Assembly (NCBI GenBank): GCA_036351255.1
Contig: JAZBOS010000115.1
Location: 3,374 to 67,373 of the forward strand
Direction of reading: 5' to 3'
Length of the DNA stretch: 64,000 bases
DNA from: Bacteroides sp.
GTDB taxonomy: Bacteria; Bacteroidota; Bacteroidia; Bacteroidales; UBA7960
Shown here: positions 46,756 through 58,900 of the stretch, in pieces
Layout: each line of letters opens with the position of its first letter
Numbering within the stretch: the first letter of the stretch is position 1
Made by a program: the position numbers and the translations under genes
The notes under the pieces: generated by a model
The model's database searches: none
What the model saw: the letters and a program-made list of their open reading frames with translations, nothing else
What the model was told of the DNA's origin: nothing

Positions 46756-48183
46756 ATGAAAACGAATCGCTATCTCATCTTAACTGCCGCATTGGTCTTC
46801 TTTGGGCTGAGCGGATGCCTTGCCGGGTCAAAAGCCAGTGCTGGTGGAGCAGACATGGTGTTGGTTGAAAATGCTAACGAAACAGAAGAAGTTTCTTTCG
46901 ATGAGGCTTTGGATGCTGCACTGATGGACCAACCCCGTTATGGCAATGACAGTGTTAAGTGTGTTACCAATTGGTCCTTGTATGCTGAATACTACAAGCA
47001 GCGGAACTATCCCATGTCCATTGACCCCTGGCGCTGGATGTTCTTCAACTGCCCCCTTGCAACCCAAAACCTTTATATACACGGTGCCACCCTGGTGAAG
47101 TTCATGTATCAGAATGAAACTGACCCCATCAAAAGGGAAGCCTATGTTGACACCCTGATGATGGTTTATGATCAGCGCATCCAGTATTTCAATCGTGAAG
47201 GCTATGTGCTTGGACGCAAGGTGGCCGACCTTTATGTTTTCCGGCCCAACGAAGCCCAGAGCCATTATGATATCTCTGAACGCTCCATCGAACTGGAAGC
47301 CAATGGCTCACAGGCCGATGTGCTGCTGATCAACTTCCAGGCTACCATTCGTTTGGCAGAAGCTGGTTTGCTCGACCCTGAAAAAATTGTCATTAACTAT
47401 GACCGGGCCATGGACTACATTGATTTCAACCTGTTGAACAACCCGGAAGACTCCATTTATTTTAACCCTGCCAAGAATAATATTGAGGCCTTGTTTGAGC
47501 CCTATGCCAGCTGCGAAAACCTGGTTAAAATATACACCCCACGTTTTGAAGCCAGTCCAGAAGACCCCGAATTGCTCGACAAGATCACCTTTATGCTGGA
47601 CCGCTCGGGATGTACCGGCGAAGAGTTGTTTTACAAGGCCACTCGGAATTTCCACAAGTTAAATCCTACTGCTCAGTCTGCTTTCCTGATGGGCCGCCTG
47701 GAGAATAATCTGGAGAACTATGCCGATGCGCTGGAATATTATGAGCAAGCCATCGAACTGGGCGCTGACCAGGACGAACCTGATAAGTTCACTACTTATA
47801 TGCTGATGGCCGATCTGTTATATCGTAACCTCAACAGGATGTCACAAGCCCGCACCTATGCTCTCAGGGCCGCTGAAGTAAACCCTGATGATGGACGTCC
47901 CTACCTACTCATTGGCGAATTGTATGCCGCCAGCGCCCGCAGTTGCGGAACCGATGAGGTCTCTACCGGCGCCGTTTACTGGGCCGCTGTCGACAAGTTT
48001 ATCCGTGCGCGCAATGTGGATGACGACCCCGATGTCGTTGCTCGTGCCAACCAGTTAATATCAACGTTCTCACAGTATTTTCCCAATAATGAGATCCTGT
48101 TCTTCCACGGGCTGGATGGCGGAAAATCATACAATGTGGGATGCTGGATCAACGAAACCACTACTGCACGCCCAAGACCCTAA
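46756..48183 (+). CDS. TPR-like repeat lipoprotein
   Basis: Lipobox FFGLSGC. The body is helical-repeat-rich (e.g. YADALEYYEQAIELG, ARTYALRAAEVNPDDGRPY). Confidence 0.65.
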   Translation: MKTNRYLILTAALVFFGLSGCLAGSKASAGGADMVLVENANETEEVSFDEALDAALMDQPRYGNDSVKCVTNWSLYAEYYKQRNYPMSIDPWRWMFFNCPLATQNLYIHGATLVKFMYQNETDPIKREAYVDTLMMVYDQRIQYFNREGYVLGRKVADLYVFRPNEAQSHYDISERSIELEANGSQADVLLINFQATIRLAEAGLLDPEKIVINYDRAMDYIDFNLLNNPEDSIYFNPAKNNIEALFEPYASCENLVKIYTPRFEASPEDPELLDKITFMLDRSGCTGEELFYKATRNFHKLNPTAQSAFLMGRLENNLENYADALEYYEQAIELGADQDEPDKFTTYMLMADLLYRNLNRMSQARTYALRAAEVNPDDGRPYLLIGELYAASARSCGTDEVSTGAVYWAAVDKFIRARNVDDDPDVVARANQLISTFSQYFPNNEILFFHGLDGGKSYNVGCWINETTTARPRP

Positions 48184-48192
48184 CACATTAAA

Positions 48193-48792
48193 ATGGAAAG
48201 CTATAGCTTATCCCTTTTTAAAAAGATCACAAACATTGCCATTCTCTTGGGAGTGGCAATGTTTGTTTCCTGCAAAAGCGATCTGGATACCATACAGGCG
48301 CTGACACATAAAGACGAGTCGCCCATTGAGAGCGGGTTTGAGGTGGAAATGATCTATAGCCAGCATGCACAGATCCAGATGATCCTCAAAGCCCCCCGTA
48401 TGGATCGCTATGGAGGGGAAAAAAATTACATTGAAATGCCCGAAGGGATTTCTGTGATATTTTATGATTCATTGATGAATGTTACTTCTACCCTGACCGC
48501 CAATTACGCCATCAATTATCTAGGCAATGAGCTTTTCGAAGCCCGCAACGATGTGGTGGTCATCAATGAAGCCAACGAAAAGCTCAACACCGAACAATTG
48601 ATCTGGGACCAGAAAAAAGGCATCATCTATTCAGAGAAGTTTGTCAAGATCACTACAGCCGATGAGGTCTTATTTGGCGATGGAATGGATGCCGATGAAA
48701 GATTCACCACCTGGGAGATCAAGAATCCCCGCGGCACTTTCAGGGTTGAAACCGGAGAGGTTGGGCAAGAACAACCACAACCCATGCCCTGA
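48193..48792 (+). CDS. lptC: LPS export periplasmic protein LptC
   Basis: About 200 aa, with the anchor ending MFVSCKS. The OstA/LptC-like beta-jellyroll pattern includes (F)EVEMIYS...ANYAINYLGNELFEARNDVVV. Confidence 0.7.
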   Translation: MESYSLSLFKKITNIAILLGVAMFVSCKSDLDTIQALTHKDESPIESGFEVEMIYSQHAQIQMILKAPRMDRYGGEKNYIEMPEGISVIFYDSLMNVTSTLTANYAINYLGNELFEARNDVVVINEANEKLNTEQLIWDQKKGIIYSEKFVKITTADEVLFGDGMDADERFTTWEIKNPRGTFRVETGEVGQEQPQPMP

Positions 48793-48843
48793 TTGCTGGA
48801 TTTTAGGTAATTTTGCTCCTGGAAAAAATTTTTTATACAAACA

Positions 48844-50112
48844 TTGAACACCTACACCATCATTGTCATCAGCCTCCTGCTATCGGCCTTTTTTTCGGGC
48901 ATGGAGATAGCCTTTATTTCGGCCAATAAACTCAAGGTGGAGGTCGAAAAGAAAGGCGGAGGCTTTTCGGCCCGCTTGCTGTCACGTTTCATTCATTCCG
49001 AATCCAGCTTCATCTCTGCAATGCTTGTGGGTAACAACATCGCTCTGGTGGTTTATGGTATTGCCATAGCCGCCCTGCTTGACCCTGTATTTGCCAGGGC
49101 TTTGCCCGAACCTTTTAACAATGAAGCAGGAATCCTTTTTTTACAGACCATTGTTTCTTCGCTGATCATTCTTCTCTTTGCCGAGTTCCTGCCAAAAACC
49201 CTGTTTAAAATTAATCCTAACCGTTTTCTATCCATATTTGCCCTGCCGGTTTATCTTTTCTATTTTATCCTTTACCCCTTAGTGCTCATCACCATTAAGT
49301 TATCCGAATTCATCCTGCGGTATCTGTTTCATATGGATCTGGGCAACCGCAAAAAGGTTTTTAACATTGTTGATATGGATAACTTCCTTAAGGAGTTTAG
49401 CCCCGATGCAGAGGACGAAAACGAAGAAAGCCGTGAGATTCAGATCTTCCGTAATGCCGTCGAGTTTCCCGACATCAAGGTGAGAGAATGCATGATCCCC
49501 CGCACCGAGGTGGTGGCCGTGCCTCATGATGAACAGCCTGATGAGATCCGTTCTATTTTTTCACAGACCGGCCTTTCCAAGATCCTGATTTTCCGAGAGT
49601 CCATTGATAACATCATTGGTTATGTGCATGCTTTCGACTTTTTCAAAAAGCCAAAAGACATCCGCCCCATTATCAGGCCGGTCATGCTCGTGCCCGAAAC
49701 CATGCACGTCAACAAATTGTTAAAAAATTTCATCCAGCAGCAAAAAAGCATTGCCGTGGTAATCGATGAATTTGGCGGCACCTCAGGCATCATTACCATT
49801 GAGGACATCATGGAAGAGATCTTCGGCGAGATCGATGATGAGTATGATGTGGACAATTTGCTGGAAAAACAAATTAAGGAGGACGAATATATTTTCTCAG
49901 CCCGCCTCGAAATCGATTATCTCAACGAACGTTATAACCTGAACTTCCCCGAATCGGAAGAATACGAAACCCTTGGGGGCCTGATTCTGAATCACCTGGA
50001 AAGCATTCCCGAAAAAGGACAGGAACTGCAAATCCCGGGGTTTATTTTACGTATTACCCAGGTAAGTGAAAAGCGAATTGAGATGGTTCAGGTAAGAATT
50101 AGTCACTCCTGA
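48844..50112 (+). CDS. CNNM/DUF21-CBS-CorC_HlyC family protein (annotated hemolysin family; putative Mg/Co efflux)
   Basis: The TTG start gives an intact first TM helix (SAFFSGMEIAF), followed by a CBS pair and the C-terminal CorC_HlyC domain. Confidence 0.88.
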   Translation: MNTYTIIVISLLLSAFFSGMEIAFISANKLKVEVEKKGGGFSARLLSRFIHSESSFISAMLVGNNIALVVYGIAIAALLDPVFARALPEPFNNEAGILFLQTIVSSLIILLFAEFLPKTLFKINPNRFLSIFALPVYLFYFILYPLVLITIKLSEFILRYLFHMDLGNRKKVFNIVDMDNFLKEFSPDAEDENEESREIQIFRNAVEFPDIKVRECMIPRTEVVAVPHDEQPDEIRSIFSQTGLSKILIFRESIDNIIGYVHAFDFFKKPKDIRPIIRPVMLVPETMHVNKLLKNFIQQQKSIAVVIDEFGGTSGIITIEDIMEEIFGEIDDEYDVDNLLEKQIKEDEYIFSARLEIDYLNERYNLNFPESEEYETLGGLILNHLESIPEKGQELQIPGFILRITQVSEKRIEMVQVRISHS

Positions 50113-50157
50113 TCGAACTAAATCAAAAATTATAAGTTGTTAATTCAATTTCTGTTA

Positions 50158-50165
50158 TACCTTTG
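50158..50165 (+). promoter_or_regulatory. Candidate -7 promoter box (TACCTTTG)
   Basis: TAnnTTTG match 31 nt upstream of the ATG at 50196. Confidence 0.4.
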
Positions 50166-50195
50166 CAATCTAATTTTTAAAAAGGATTTTTTGCT

Positions 50196-52319
50196 ATGGC
50201 TGTAATTAATAAGATAAGGAGTTACTCCGGTTTGCTGATTGCCGTAATTGGTATTGCACTTGCAGCTTTTGTGCTTGGCGATTTCTTTGGATACGGCCCC
50301 AGCCGCGGCGGGAGTGTTGATGTTGGAAAAATTGATAAAACAAAAATTTCCTACCAGGAATTTGAACAGCGCGTCAACGACCAGCTGGAAGGCTGGAAGA
50401 TGCAGACCGGTAACCAAAACCCCGGCCCCCAGGAAGCTTTCCAGATCAGGCAGCAAGTATGGAACACCATGCTGCGCGAGATTCTCCTCGACGGCGAGAT
50501 GGAAAAACTGGGCATTGAAACTTCCGGCGATGAGCTGTATTACCTGATTCACGGACCTAACCCCCACCAAGTCATCGTCAGGAACTTTTCCAACCCTAAT
50601 GATGGCAGTTACGATCCCCAACAGGTCATCAATTTTCTGCAAAACTTTGACAATCTGGACCCCGAGACCCAGAATCAGTGGTTGCTCATCGAACAGTATA
50701 TCAAGCGTGAGCGTCAGGAAAACAAATACCATAACCTGATTCGCCAGGGCTATTATACGCCTTCGCTGCTGCTGAGCCGCGAATACCAGGACCGCAATGC
50801 TACTGCTGACTTCCAGTATGTAGTAAAACGTTTCGATACCCTGGCCGACAGCCTTGTCCAGGTATCGGACCGCGAGCTGACAAGGGTTTATGAAGAAAAC
50901 CGCCATTTGTACGAACAGGAAGCCTCACGCGGCCTGCAGTATGTGGCTTTTCCCGTATTCCCGAGCGAAGAAGACCGCGAGGCCCTTCGTAATGAAATCC
51001 TTGAATTGCAGGAAGAATTTGCCAATACTGAGAACATTCAGACCTTTATCAACTCATCCTCTGACGAACGTTTCAACCCCACCTTTGTAGGGCAGGGCGA
51101 ACTCTCGCCCGAACTCGATTCGGTCATGTTCAACTCACCGGTGGGCAACATTTACGGGCCTATTGTTGAGGAAAACGCTTTCGTAATGGCCAAGTTGACC
51201 GATGTTCAGTTTCGCCCCGACAGCATGCGTGCAAGCCATATCCTCGTTTCTTACCTTGGATCGGCTTCTGCCAATCCAAACACTACCCGAACGCTGGAGG
51301 AAGCCCGCATCCTGGCCGACAGCATCCTTGGAGTGGTCAGGCGTAATCCGGCCCGTTTTGGCGATCTGGCCGTCGAGCTCTCCGACGATCCTTCCGCGCA
51401 AGCGAACCGCGGAGACCTCGAATGGTTCCGTGACTTTGAAATGGTGCCCGAGTTTTCCGAGGCCGTGATCGAAGCCGGTGTGAACACATTTACCACTGCC
51501 GAGTCACAGTTTGGGATCCATGTAATCGAGGTAACCGGCAAATCAGCCCCCACCAAAAAAGTGCAGGTGGCCAAACTGACACGCAACATCGAACCCAGCA
51601 ACCGCACCTTCCAGGCCGTCTTCGGGCAGGCAAGCGAATTTTCAGCCTTGCTGCGCGAAAACAAGAACTTTGAAGAAGCCGCCGAAGAAAAGGGTCTTAG
51701 CGTAAGAGAAATCGAAATGGTCCGCGAAATGGACATGAACCTGCCCGGCATTGAGAACCCAAGGGAAATCGTCCGCTGGGCATTTGATGAAAACACCAAG
51801 GTTGGTGGATTTTCGCAGATCTTTGATGTTGAAGATCGCTTTATTGTGGCCACCGTCACCGAAAAACGTGAAGAAGGTATCCCCAGCCTGGAAGAGATTC
51901 GGGATGAGATCCAGGCCCTGGCCATCCGCGAAAAGAAATTTGAAACCTTCTCCGCTGAAATGAAAGAAGCTCTCGAAGCAGGTAACCTGGAAGCCATAGC
52001 TGAAAGATTACAGCTCACTCCCGAGCAAGCCCTCGAAATCCGTTTCAACATGATGAATCTTCCCAACGTAGGTCCCGAACCCAAAGTGGTTGGCACCGCA
52101 TTCGGCCTGCAGCCCAGCACCATTTCGGAGCCCATCAAGGGTAACGCAGGGGTCTTGGTGGTTGAAGTGATGAATCGTGAAGAAGCCGTTGAACCCGAAG
52201 ATATGTCGGCCACCCGCCGCCAGATCAGCAGTGCTTTCTCAAACCGTGTTCTCAACGACGTCTTCAATGCCATTCGCGAAAACGCAAGCATCGAGGACAA
52301 CCGCACCATGTTCTATTAA
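50196..52319 (+). CDS. ppiD: Periplasmic chaperone / peptidyl-prolyl isomerase PpiD-like
   Basis: N-terminal TM anchor, SurA-N-like region, and a parvulin motif (MRASHILVSY...GDLEWF). Confidence 0.85.
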   Translation: MAVINKIRSYSGLLIAVIGIALAAFVLGDFFGYGPSRGGSVDVGKIDKTKISYQEFEQRVNDQLEGWKMQTGNQNPGPQEAFQIRQQVWNTMLREILLDGEMEKLGIETSGDELYYLIHGPNPHQVIVRNFSNPNDGSYDPQQVINFLQNFDNLDPETQNQWLLIEQYIKRERQENKYHNLIRQGYYTPSLLLSREYQDRNATADFQYVVKRFDTLADSLVQVSDRELTRVYEENRHLYEQEASRGLQYVAFPVFPSEEDREALRNEILELQEEFANTENIQTFINSSSDERFNPTFVGQGELSPELDSVMFNSPVGNIYGPIVEENAFVMAKLTDVQFRPDSMRASHILVSYLGSASANPNTTRTLEEARILADSILGVVRRNPARFGDLAVELSDDPSAQANRGDLEWFRDFEMVPEFSEAVIEAGVNTFTTAESQFGIHVIEVTGKSAPTKKVQVAKLTRNIEPSNRTFQAVFGQASEFSALLRENKNFEEAAEEKGLSVREIEMVREMDMNLPGIENPREIVRWAFDENTKVGGFSQIFDVEDRFIVATVTEKREEGIPSLEEIRDEIQALAIREKKFETFSAEMKEALEAGNLEAIAERLQLTPEQALEIRFNMMNLPNVGPEPKVVGTAFGLQPSTISEPIKGNAGVLVVEVMNREEAVEPEDMSATRRQISSAFSNRVLNDVFNAIRENASIEDNRTMFY

Positions 52320-52350
52320 CAGGACCTGTTAACCAAAAAATTAATTTTTG

Positions 52351-52387
52351 ACCGCCCGGGGAATTCATCTCCGGGCGGTTTTTTTTA
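52351..52387 (+). terminator. Rho-independent terminator after ppiD
   Basis: The stem accgcccgg/ccgggcggt is followed by a T8-9 run. Confidence 0.75.
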
Positions 52388-52418
52388 TCTTCCCTCCTTC
52401 CTTATTCGGTCCTACCAC

Positions 52419-52488
52419 GGTCATAGTTTAGACGGTGTTTATTCGGTTTAAACCGAATAAACACCGTCTAAACTCCGTATTAACTATG
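52419..52488. repeat. Intergenic 11-bp-phased palindromic element, copy C
   Basis: Perfect 50-bp palindrome at 52425-52474. Its 48-bp core is identical to copy B. The G of each CpG falls at 52434, 52445, 52455, 52466 and 52477. Confidence 0.85.
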
Positions 52489-52930
52489 AATGAGGTCTGA
52501 GAAACATAAGGCGGGAATACAGCTTAATAATCTCACAATCAGCTTGCAACAAAGCTAAAAGAAAAAAACATTCAGTCCTTCTGTAAGCATCCTTTTCAGA
52601 TCATAGAGCAGGAAACTTGCCTTAGGAAATTTGGATATCTAGAAGCTTCAAATTTGGGGAAGAATAAATTAACTCAAATCCTTTTCAAAAAAGGATATTT
52701 CTTTTTATATTAGCCCTTGGCTAAGAATTGGGGACCGGACAGACTTTTTTTCCCGGTTATATGGAGAAAAGGGCTAATAAGTCCGGTTTTTCTTACGCTG
52801 TTAACGAAAGGAGGGATTCATGCCGCTTGCCTTAAGACCCCCTTAACACCCCGGAAGCACTCGCTTCCTTGCTTTTCTTTTGGATTTTTTTAATCAAAAC
52901 ACCCTTTTTTACTCACTAAAAACAATTACT

Positions 52931-55900
52931 ATGAAGAGAAAATTACAACTGGCCATACCCTGGTTTATGGCCTTATTCCTTTTTCTGAGTTTTAACAGCC
53001 CAGGACAGGGTTTAGAAACATTTGACAACCTGGATTTGACAGGCACAAGTTACCTTGATGGTACTTTTCTTGGTCAGGATGGTTCGACCTGGACCTACGA
53101 ACAATGCCGGGGAGATATTGCCATTACGGGCAATGCAATCATGCTTGGAAGAAACAGAACCCCCCAGCCAAATGTTTATTCAGGAACTATTTCTGGTGGG
53201 ATTGGCATTATCAACTTTGATTATATGCAAGCCTTTTCCACCAATGTTAACCTAAATGTGTTGGTTAACGATGTGTTGGTAGGCAATGTTACCAGTGCTG
53301 GCGAAGCCAACATTGTTAAAAACTCCGGTGATATAACGGTGAATGTTGGTGGAGACGTTGTCATAAAGTTTATCAATGCAAATAATTCTGACGGCCAGGT
53401 TGTTATTGACAATATTTCCTGGACTGCAGCAGGTGCAGTTACGCAGGTAGCTACTCCATCCCTTTCTCCTAATGGAGGTGATTTTTATGCTCCGATAGAT
53501 GTCAGCATTTCAACCCTTACAGAAGGTGCAACCATTTATTACACTACCGATGGAACGGATCCGGATGCTACCGCTACCCTTTACACGGCGCCTTTTGAGG
53601 TGAGTAGTACCACTACAGTGAAAGCCATTGGTATTAAGGAAGGACTGGATGACAGCAACATTGCTTCGGCCACCTTTAATTTTCCTGCAGTTACCGATGT
53701 AGCTACCATTGCTGGCCTGAGAGCAGGGCTGACTGACGGAACGGCTTACCGGCTGACGGGTGAGGCCCTGATCACTGCCATGGATGGCTTCAACAATCGC
53801 AAATTTATCCAGGATGGCACTGCAGCCATCATGATTTTTGACAACCAGGGCATTATTGACACCGAGTATTCGATTGGCGATAAGATCCAGAACATTTCCG
53901 GAACCCTTTCCCTGGCCAATAATTTGCTTCGGTTTGTGCCCGTTGCCGACCCCGGTGCTGCCGTTTCTACTGGCAACCCAGTAGTACCCACGGTTTTCAC
54001 CCTCGATGGTGTGACCACGGATGATCAGGCCAAGTTAGTGACGTTTAAAAACGTTACCTTTTCTTCTATCGGTACCTTTGCCAACGGGCAAAACTATACT
54101 CTTACTGATGGGACCAATACCTTTGTGATGCGTACGGATTTCTGGAACGTAGATTATATCGGAACAGAAATTCCTACCACCCCTCACAACATCACGGGAG
54201 TGATTATCCAGTACAATACAACGCTGCAAATTGTTCCGCGCAGCCTGGCTGATTTCTATGAAATCCCCTTCAATACGCACTTCCAGTTTGCTGCTGTTGA
54301 CGGAACCCTGCCCGCATGGTTTGGTGCAGATACCGAAAGGGGCATGGCTGCCGGTGGTGGAAGTTTGTATGCCGTCAGCAGGAATGCCGGTAACTTTGTA
54401 CGTGTATTCGACCCCGTAACGGGCCTTGAAACAGGAACCCTCAATACGACCGGTGTTTCTGGAGGAACTTTTGCACTTAACGATGCAGAAGTCAGTGGCG
54501 ACGGTGTTGTCCTGGCCGCAAATATGGCCATGAATACCTCAGTGGATGGAACCGCTGTCTTTAAGGTTTACCAAATGGATGCAGTCGCTGCCCCGGTAGC
54601 TGTTATTGAATATGCCCTTCCCGGCATTGCTCGCTTGGGTGATAAATTTACCGTTGTAGGCAATTTTGACGATGGCAGTGCAACCCTATACGCAGCCGAT
54701 GGCAGCAACCCCAGGGTGTTTAAATTTACCCTTACGGGAGGTGTATTTGGAGCTCCGGAAATCATCCCCCTGGGGGTAACCCAAGGAAGTACACCGGCTG
54801 TGGCTCCCCTGCCTGATGGTAGTTTTTATTACAATGCCAATGGCCAAAGCCTTTCCAAACTGAATGCCGATGGCACACTGGTCGGGACTGTTCCGGGAGG
54901 GATTATTTCAACCGGATCCAACTCTATTAAATATCTGGGCACCGATGGTGATGACGAAATGGTGGCCGTATTCAATTATGGTGTTGGCCAGGAGCGCATC
55001 AAGGTTATCCGGGTTCCTGCCGGCGATCCCAGCCTTGCTACTTTGGAATTTGAAACCCCCAGCATGCGTGGCAACGCCAATGCCAACGGTGCAGGTGACG
55101 TGGCCTTTATCCCTGGCCTTGATGGAAGTGTTCACCTGTATATCCTGGCAACTAATAACGGTTTTGCTGGTTATGAGAGTCTGAATCTCAACCTGGTTTT
55201 CCCCGATTATACCGGCGGGACACCATCCTATGACATCACAACTTTCCCCTATCACCAGAACTTCAATGATGAAGTATTCCCGGCTGATGGCTACCAGAAC
55301 CTGGCTGTTGTTGGCACAGGAACCTGGACTCGGCTTACCTCCGGTACCAATCCCACCACTTCACCACAGGATGGTGCTGGCATGATCCGGTACAACGCAT
55401 ACAGCCAGAGCTCCGGAAATTCGGCGGCATTGATCACACCCAAAGTGGTGATTCCAGCTGGAGACTACCAGGTTAGGTTCTCCATGTATCGCGATGGAGG
55501 ATATTTAACCAATGCTGATCGTGTAGAAGTCCTTGTGAACGACACCCCTGACTTGACGGATGCCGTTTCTATTGGGGTCGTAAACCGTAGTATTAACCTT
55601 GAACCAGTAGTAACCAGTGCAGGATGGCATTATTTTGCCTTCCCGTTCCCTGTTGAAAAGGCAGGTGATTATTATGTCATTTTCAAGGCCATTAGTGCAT
55701 ACGGTAATAACATTTATGTTGACGCGTTCTTCCTTGAGGAAGTACCCACCCAGCCCCAGTTGGCCGTGGTTCCGACAAGCCTTGATTTTGGCCTGGTGTT
55801 AGAAGGAACGACCTCTGCTTCCAAGAGCCTTGCTTTGACCAATGTGGCTGTTGGCTCCCTGCAGATCAATGATGGCGACATTACCCTCACAGGTACTGAT

Positions 55901-58900
55901 GCTGCTATGTTCAGCCTGGGCGACATTACCTATCCCATTGAGATCGGCCCGAGTGCTACCGTAAATATTTCACTGGACTTTACCCCAGCCGCTGTTGGAG
56001 ATTACACTGCAACGCTGAACATTGCACACAACGGTTCAAACTCACCAACTACGGTAGATATTACGGGTTCGGGATATGCCCCCTTTGCCGCTTTCTTCGA
56101 GAACTTTGATCTGGCTACCGTCGGCGGGTTGCCTTCGGCATGGGCAAATTATGTCCAGGCTACCAGTACAGCAGCTGCTGTTGACGTTACCACGGCAGGT
56201 ACACCGGTTTCTGCTCCCAACCAGATTCGGATGGCTAACTCCTCGGACGCCAATGCCACCCTCTTACTAATCACTCCGGCGGTAACCAATATCACATCCA
56301 ACCGGATCGGTTTTATGGCAAAAGGCACAAACTATGTTCTCCAGGTTGGTACCATTACCGATCCTGCTGACCCCACTACATTTACGGTACTTCAAGCCAT
56401 TACCCTGACCAGTGCCCATGAGCAATATTATGTCAATTTTGACGAATACACTGGAACCGACCAATACATTGCCTTTAAGCATGGCTTGGGAGCCACTTAT
56501 CGCACCATTTACATGGATAATGTAGTTTGGGAAGCCATTCCTGCTGATCCAGTTTTTGCCGTATCACCCGAGTCGAAAGATTTCGGCATGTTGCAAATTG
56601 AACAAACCTCTAATCCACAAACCTTTACAATCAGCAATACCGGTGCTGGCACCCTGGTGATCAACCCCGCCGATATTACACTGACCGGTACGGATGCCGC
56701 TGAGTTTGTTCTGACCAACCTGGCTGAAACGGCTGAGCTTGCCTTTGGTGAAACCGCAACCTTTACCGTTGCCTTTGCCCCCGTAACCGTGGGCGTAAAG
56801 AGTGCCACCATTGAAATCAATGATAATCTCACCGGCAAGGTCATCAATCAGATTCCTCTTACTGGCGAAGGATTTGATGCAACCCTGTATCCTACCTTTG
56901 TAGTAGACTTTAACGAAGAGCCCTTCCCCCCACTTGGTTGGGGTAAGTTTATCGGACTGTTGGGCGAAACCACTACACTGGAACCCACTACTTCAGGATG
57001 GTCACACCATGTTTTTGGCAACCTATCTGGAGAAGACAACAGCGCTTACATCAATATCTATAGTACTAAAAACCACTGGTTGATTACCCCTCCCATCGAC
57101 TTGGGTGATGGAACAACCGATTATCAGCTGAGCTTTGACATTGCCCTGACTCCATGGACGGGTACTGCACAGAGTACACTTGGGCCCGATGACTATGTGG
57201 CGGTGGTGATCTCTACTGACAATGGTATGACCTGGACCAATGCCAACGTGTTGATCGACTGGGATGCAAGCGATGTTATATCTGCCACCGGAAACCACAT
57301 TGTTGTTTCGCTGGTAGGTTATTCAGGATTGGTTAAAGTAGGCTTTTATGCTGAAAGACCTTCCGGATCAACACCTGACCTCAGGTTCTACGTTGATAAT
57401 GTCTCCGTTGAGGATGCTGCTGAAGTACCCGTTTTCACCATTTCTCCGGATTCCAAGGACTTTGGCGATGTTGGCGTAACGGAACAATCGCAACCGCAGA
57501 CCTTCATCATCTCCAATTCCGGTCCCGGAACCCTAATGGTGAATGCCCCTGTTCTTGACAACACGACCGATTATATCCTCAATTATACTGCAGAGGACTT
57601 TCCGGCTGAATTGACTGGAACAGAAACTGTATCATTTACGGTAGCCTTTGCACCTCAAACCGAAGGAATCCTTACGGGTGAAGTTACTATTGCCCATGGG
57701 GAAGCAGGAGCAGAAACAGCTACCGTTCCACTGACGGGAGCGGGTGTTGTCAGACCAGCAGGCTCAACCTGTGCGAACCCCTATGTTTTCGATGCGTTGC
57801 CTTTGGTTGATTACGCAGACAATACCGAAGCCTACGGCAATGATTATCTGGGCGCCTGGTTAGAACCCAGTAGCAATTACCTCAACGGTTATGACTTTGT
57901 TGGCCAGTTTACCCTCGACGAAGCTGGTTATCTAAGTGGTAGTGTGGCTGGCAGCTGGACTGGCCTTATTATTGTGGAAGAGTGCCCCAATATTGATGTA
58001 CCCGCAAACGTGCTTGCTCTTGGAACAGGTACCAGCGGTGGAGCGTTTAACAATGTATGGATGGAAGCCGGTACCTATTTTGCCATTGTTTCTACCTGGC
58101 CTTCACCTGACTTTACTGATTTCACCCTCAACCTGTCATTCATGACTGGTTACACAGTAACCTTTGCTGTTCAGGATGAAGATGCCATTGCTATCACCGA
58201 TGCGGTGGTTACGCTTGGCGATGTTACTAATGAAGCTGGCAACTATGTCTTTGAAAACGTGATTCCCGGCACTTACGCCTATACCGTTGTGAAAGAAGGT
58301 TACGTTGATGGAACCGGTGATGTTGAGGTCATTGATGCTAATGTCACTGAAACCGTTACCCTCCAGTTAGCTGAACAGCCCATGGCAAGGATGCAGATTA
58401 TCCACAATTCAGCCGATGCTGCAGTTAATTTGGTTGATATCTATGTGAACGGCGATTTATTCCTGGAAGACTTTGCTTTCCGCACCGCTACACCCTTTGT
58501 TGATGTACCCGCAGGTGTTGACTTGGATATCATCGTGGCACCTGCCGGAGCGGGTATCGAAAATGGAGTGGGCCCTGTAACATTAAATCTTGGCGAAGGC
58601 GGAACTTATATTGCCATTGCCAATGGTATAGTAAGTGCCAGCGGTTATGATCCTGCGCCTGCTTTCAGCCTGGATGTGATGCCCGCTGCGCTCGAATCGG
58701 CCATTTCAGGAAATACCGAGGTACTTGCATTCCACGGTTCAACCGACGCTCCCACAGTTAGTGTTTGGGAAACCGGGGTAGGTGCAGGTGAACTTTTCAC
58801 CTTCTCCTATGGTGATTTTGCAGGTTACCTTCTGCTTAATACTGCTGATTACGTGTTGGAGATTCGCACCGCCGACGGAGAAACCACCGTTGCTGCTTAC

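Noticed and set aside
51251-52309. 352-aa minus-strand ORF
   Set aside because: It is antisense to ppiD. The Ser/Arg-rich low-complexity translation is not credible as a protein.
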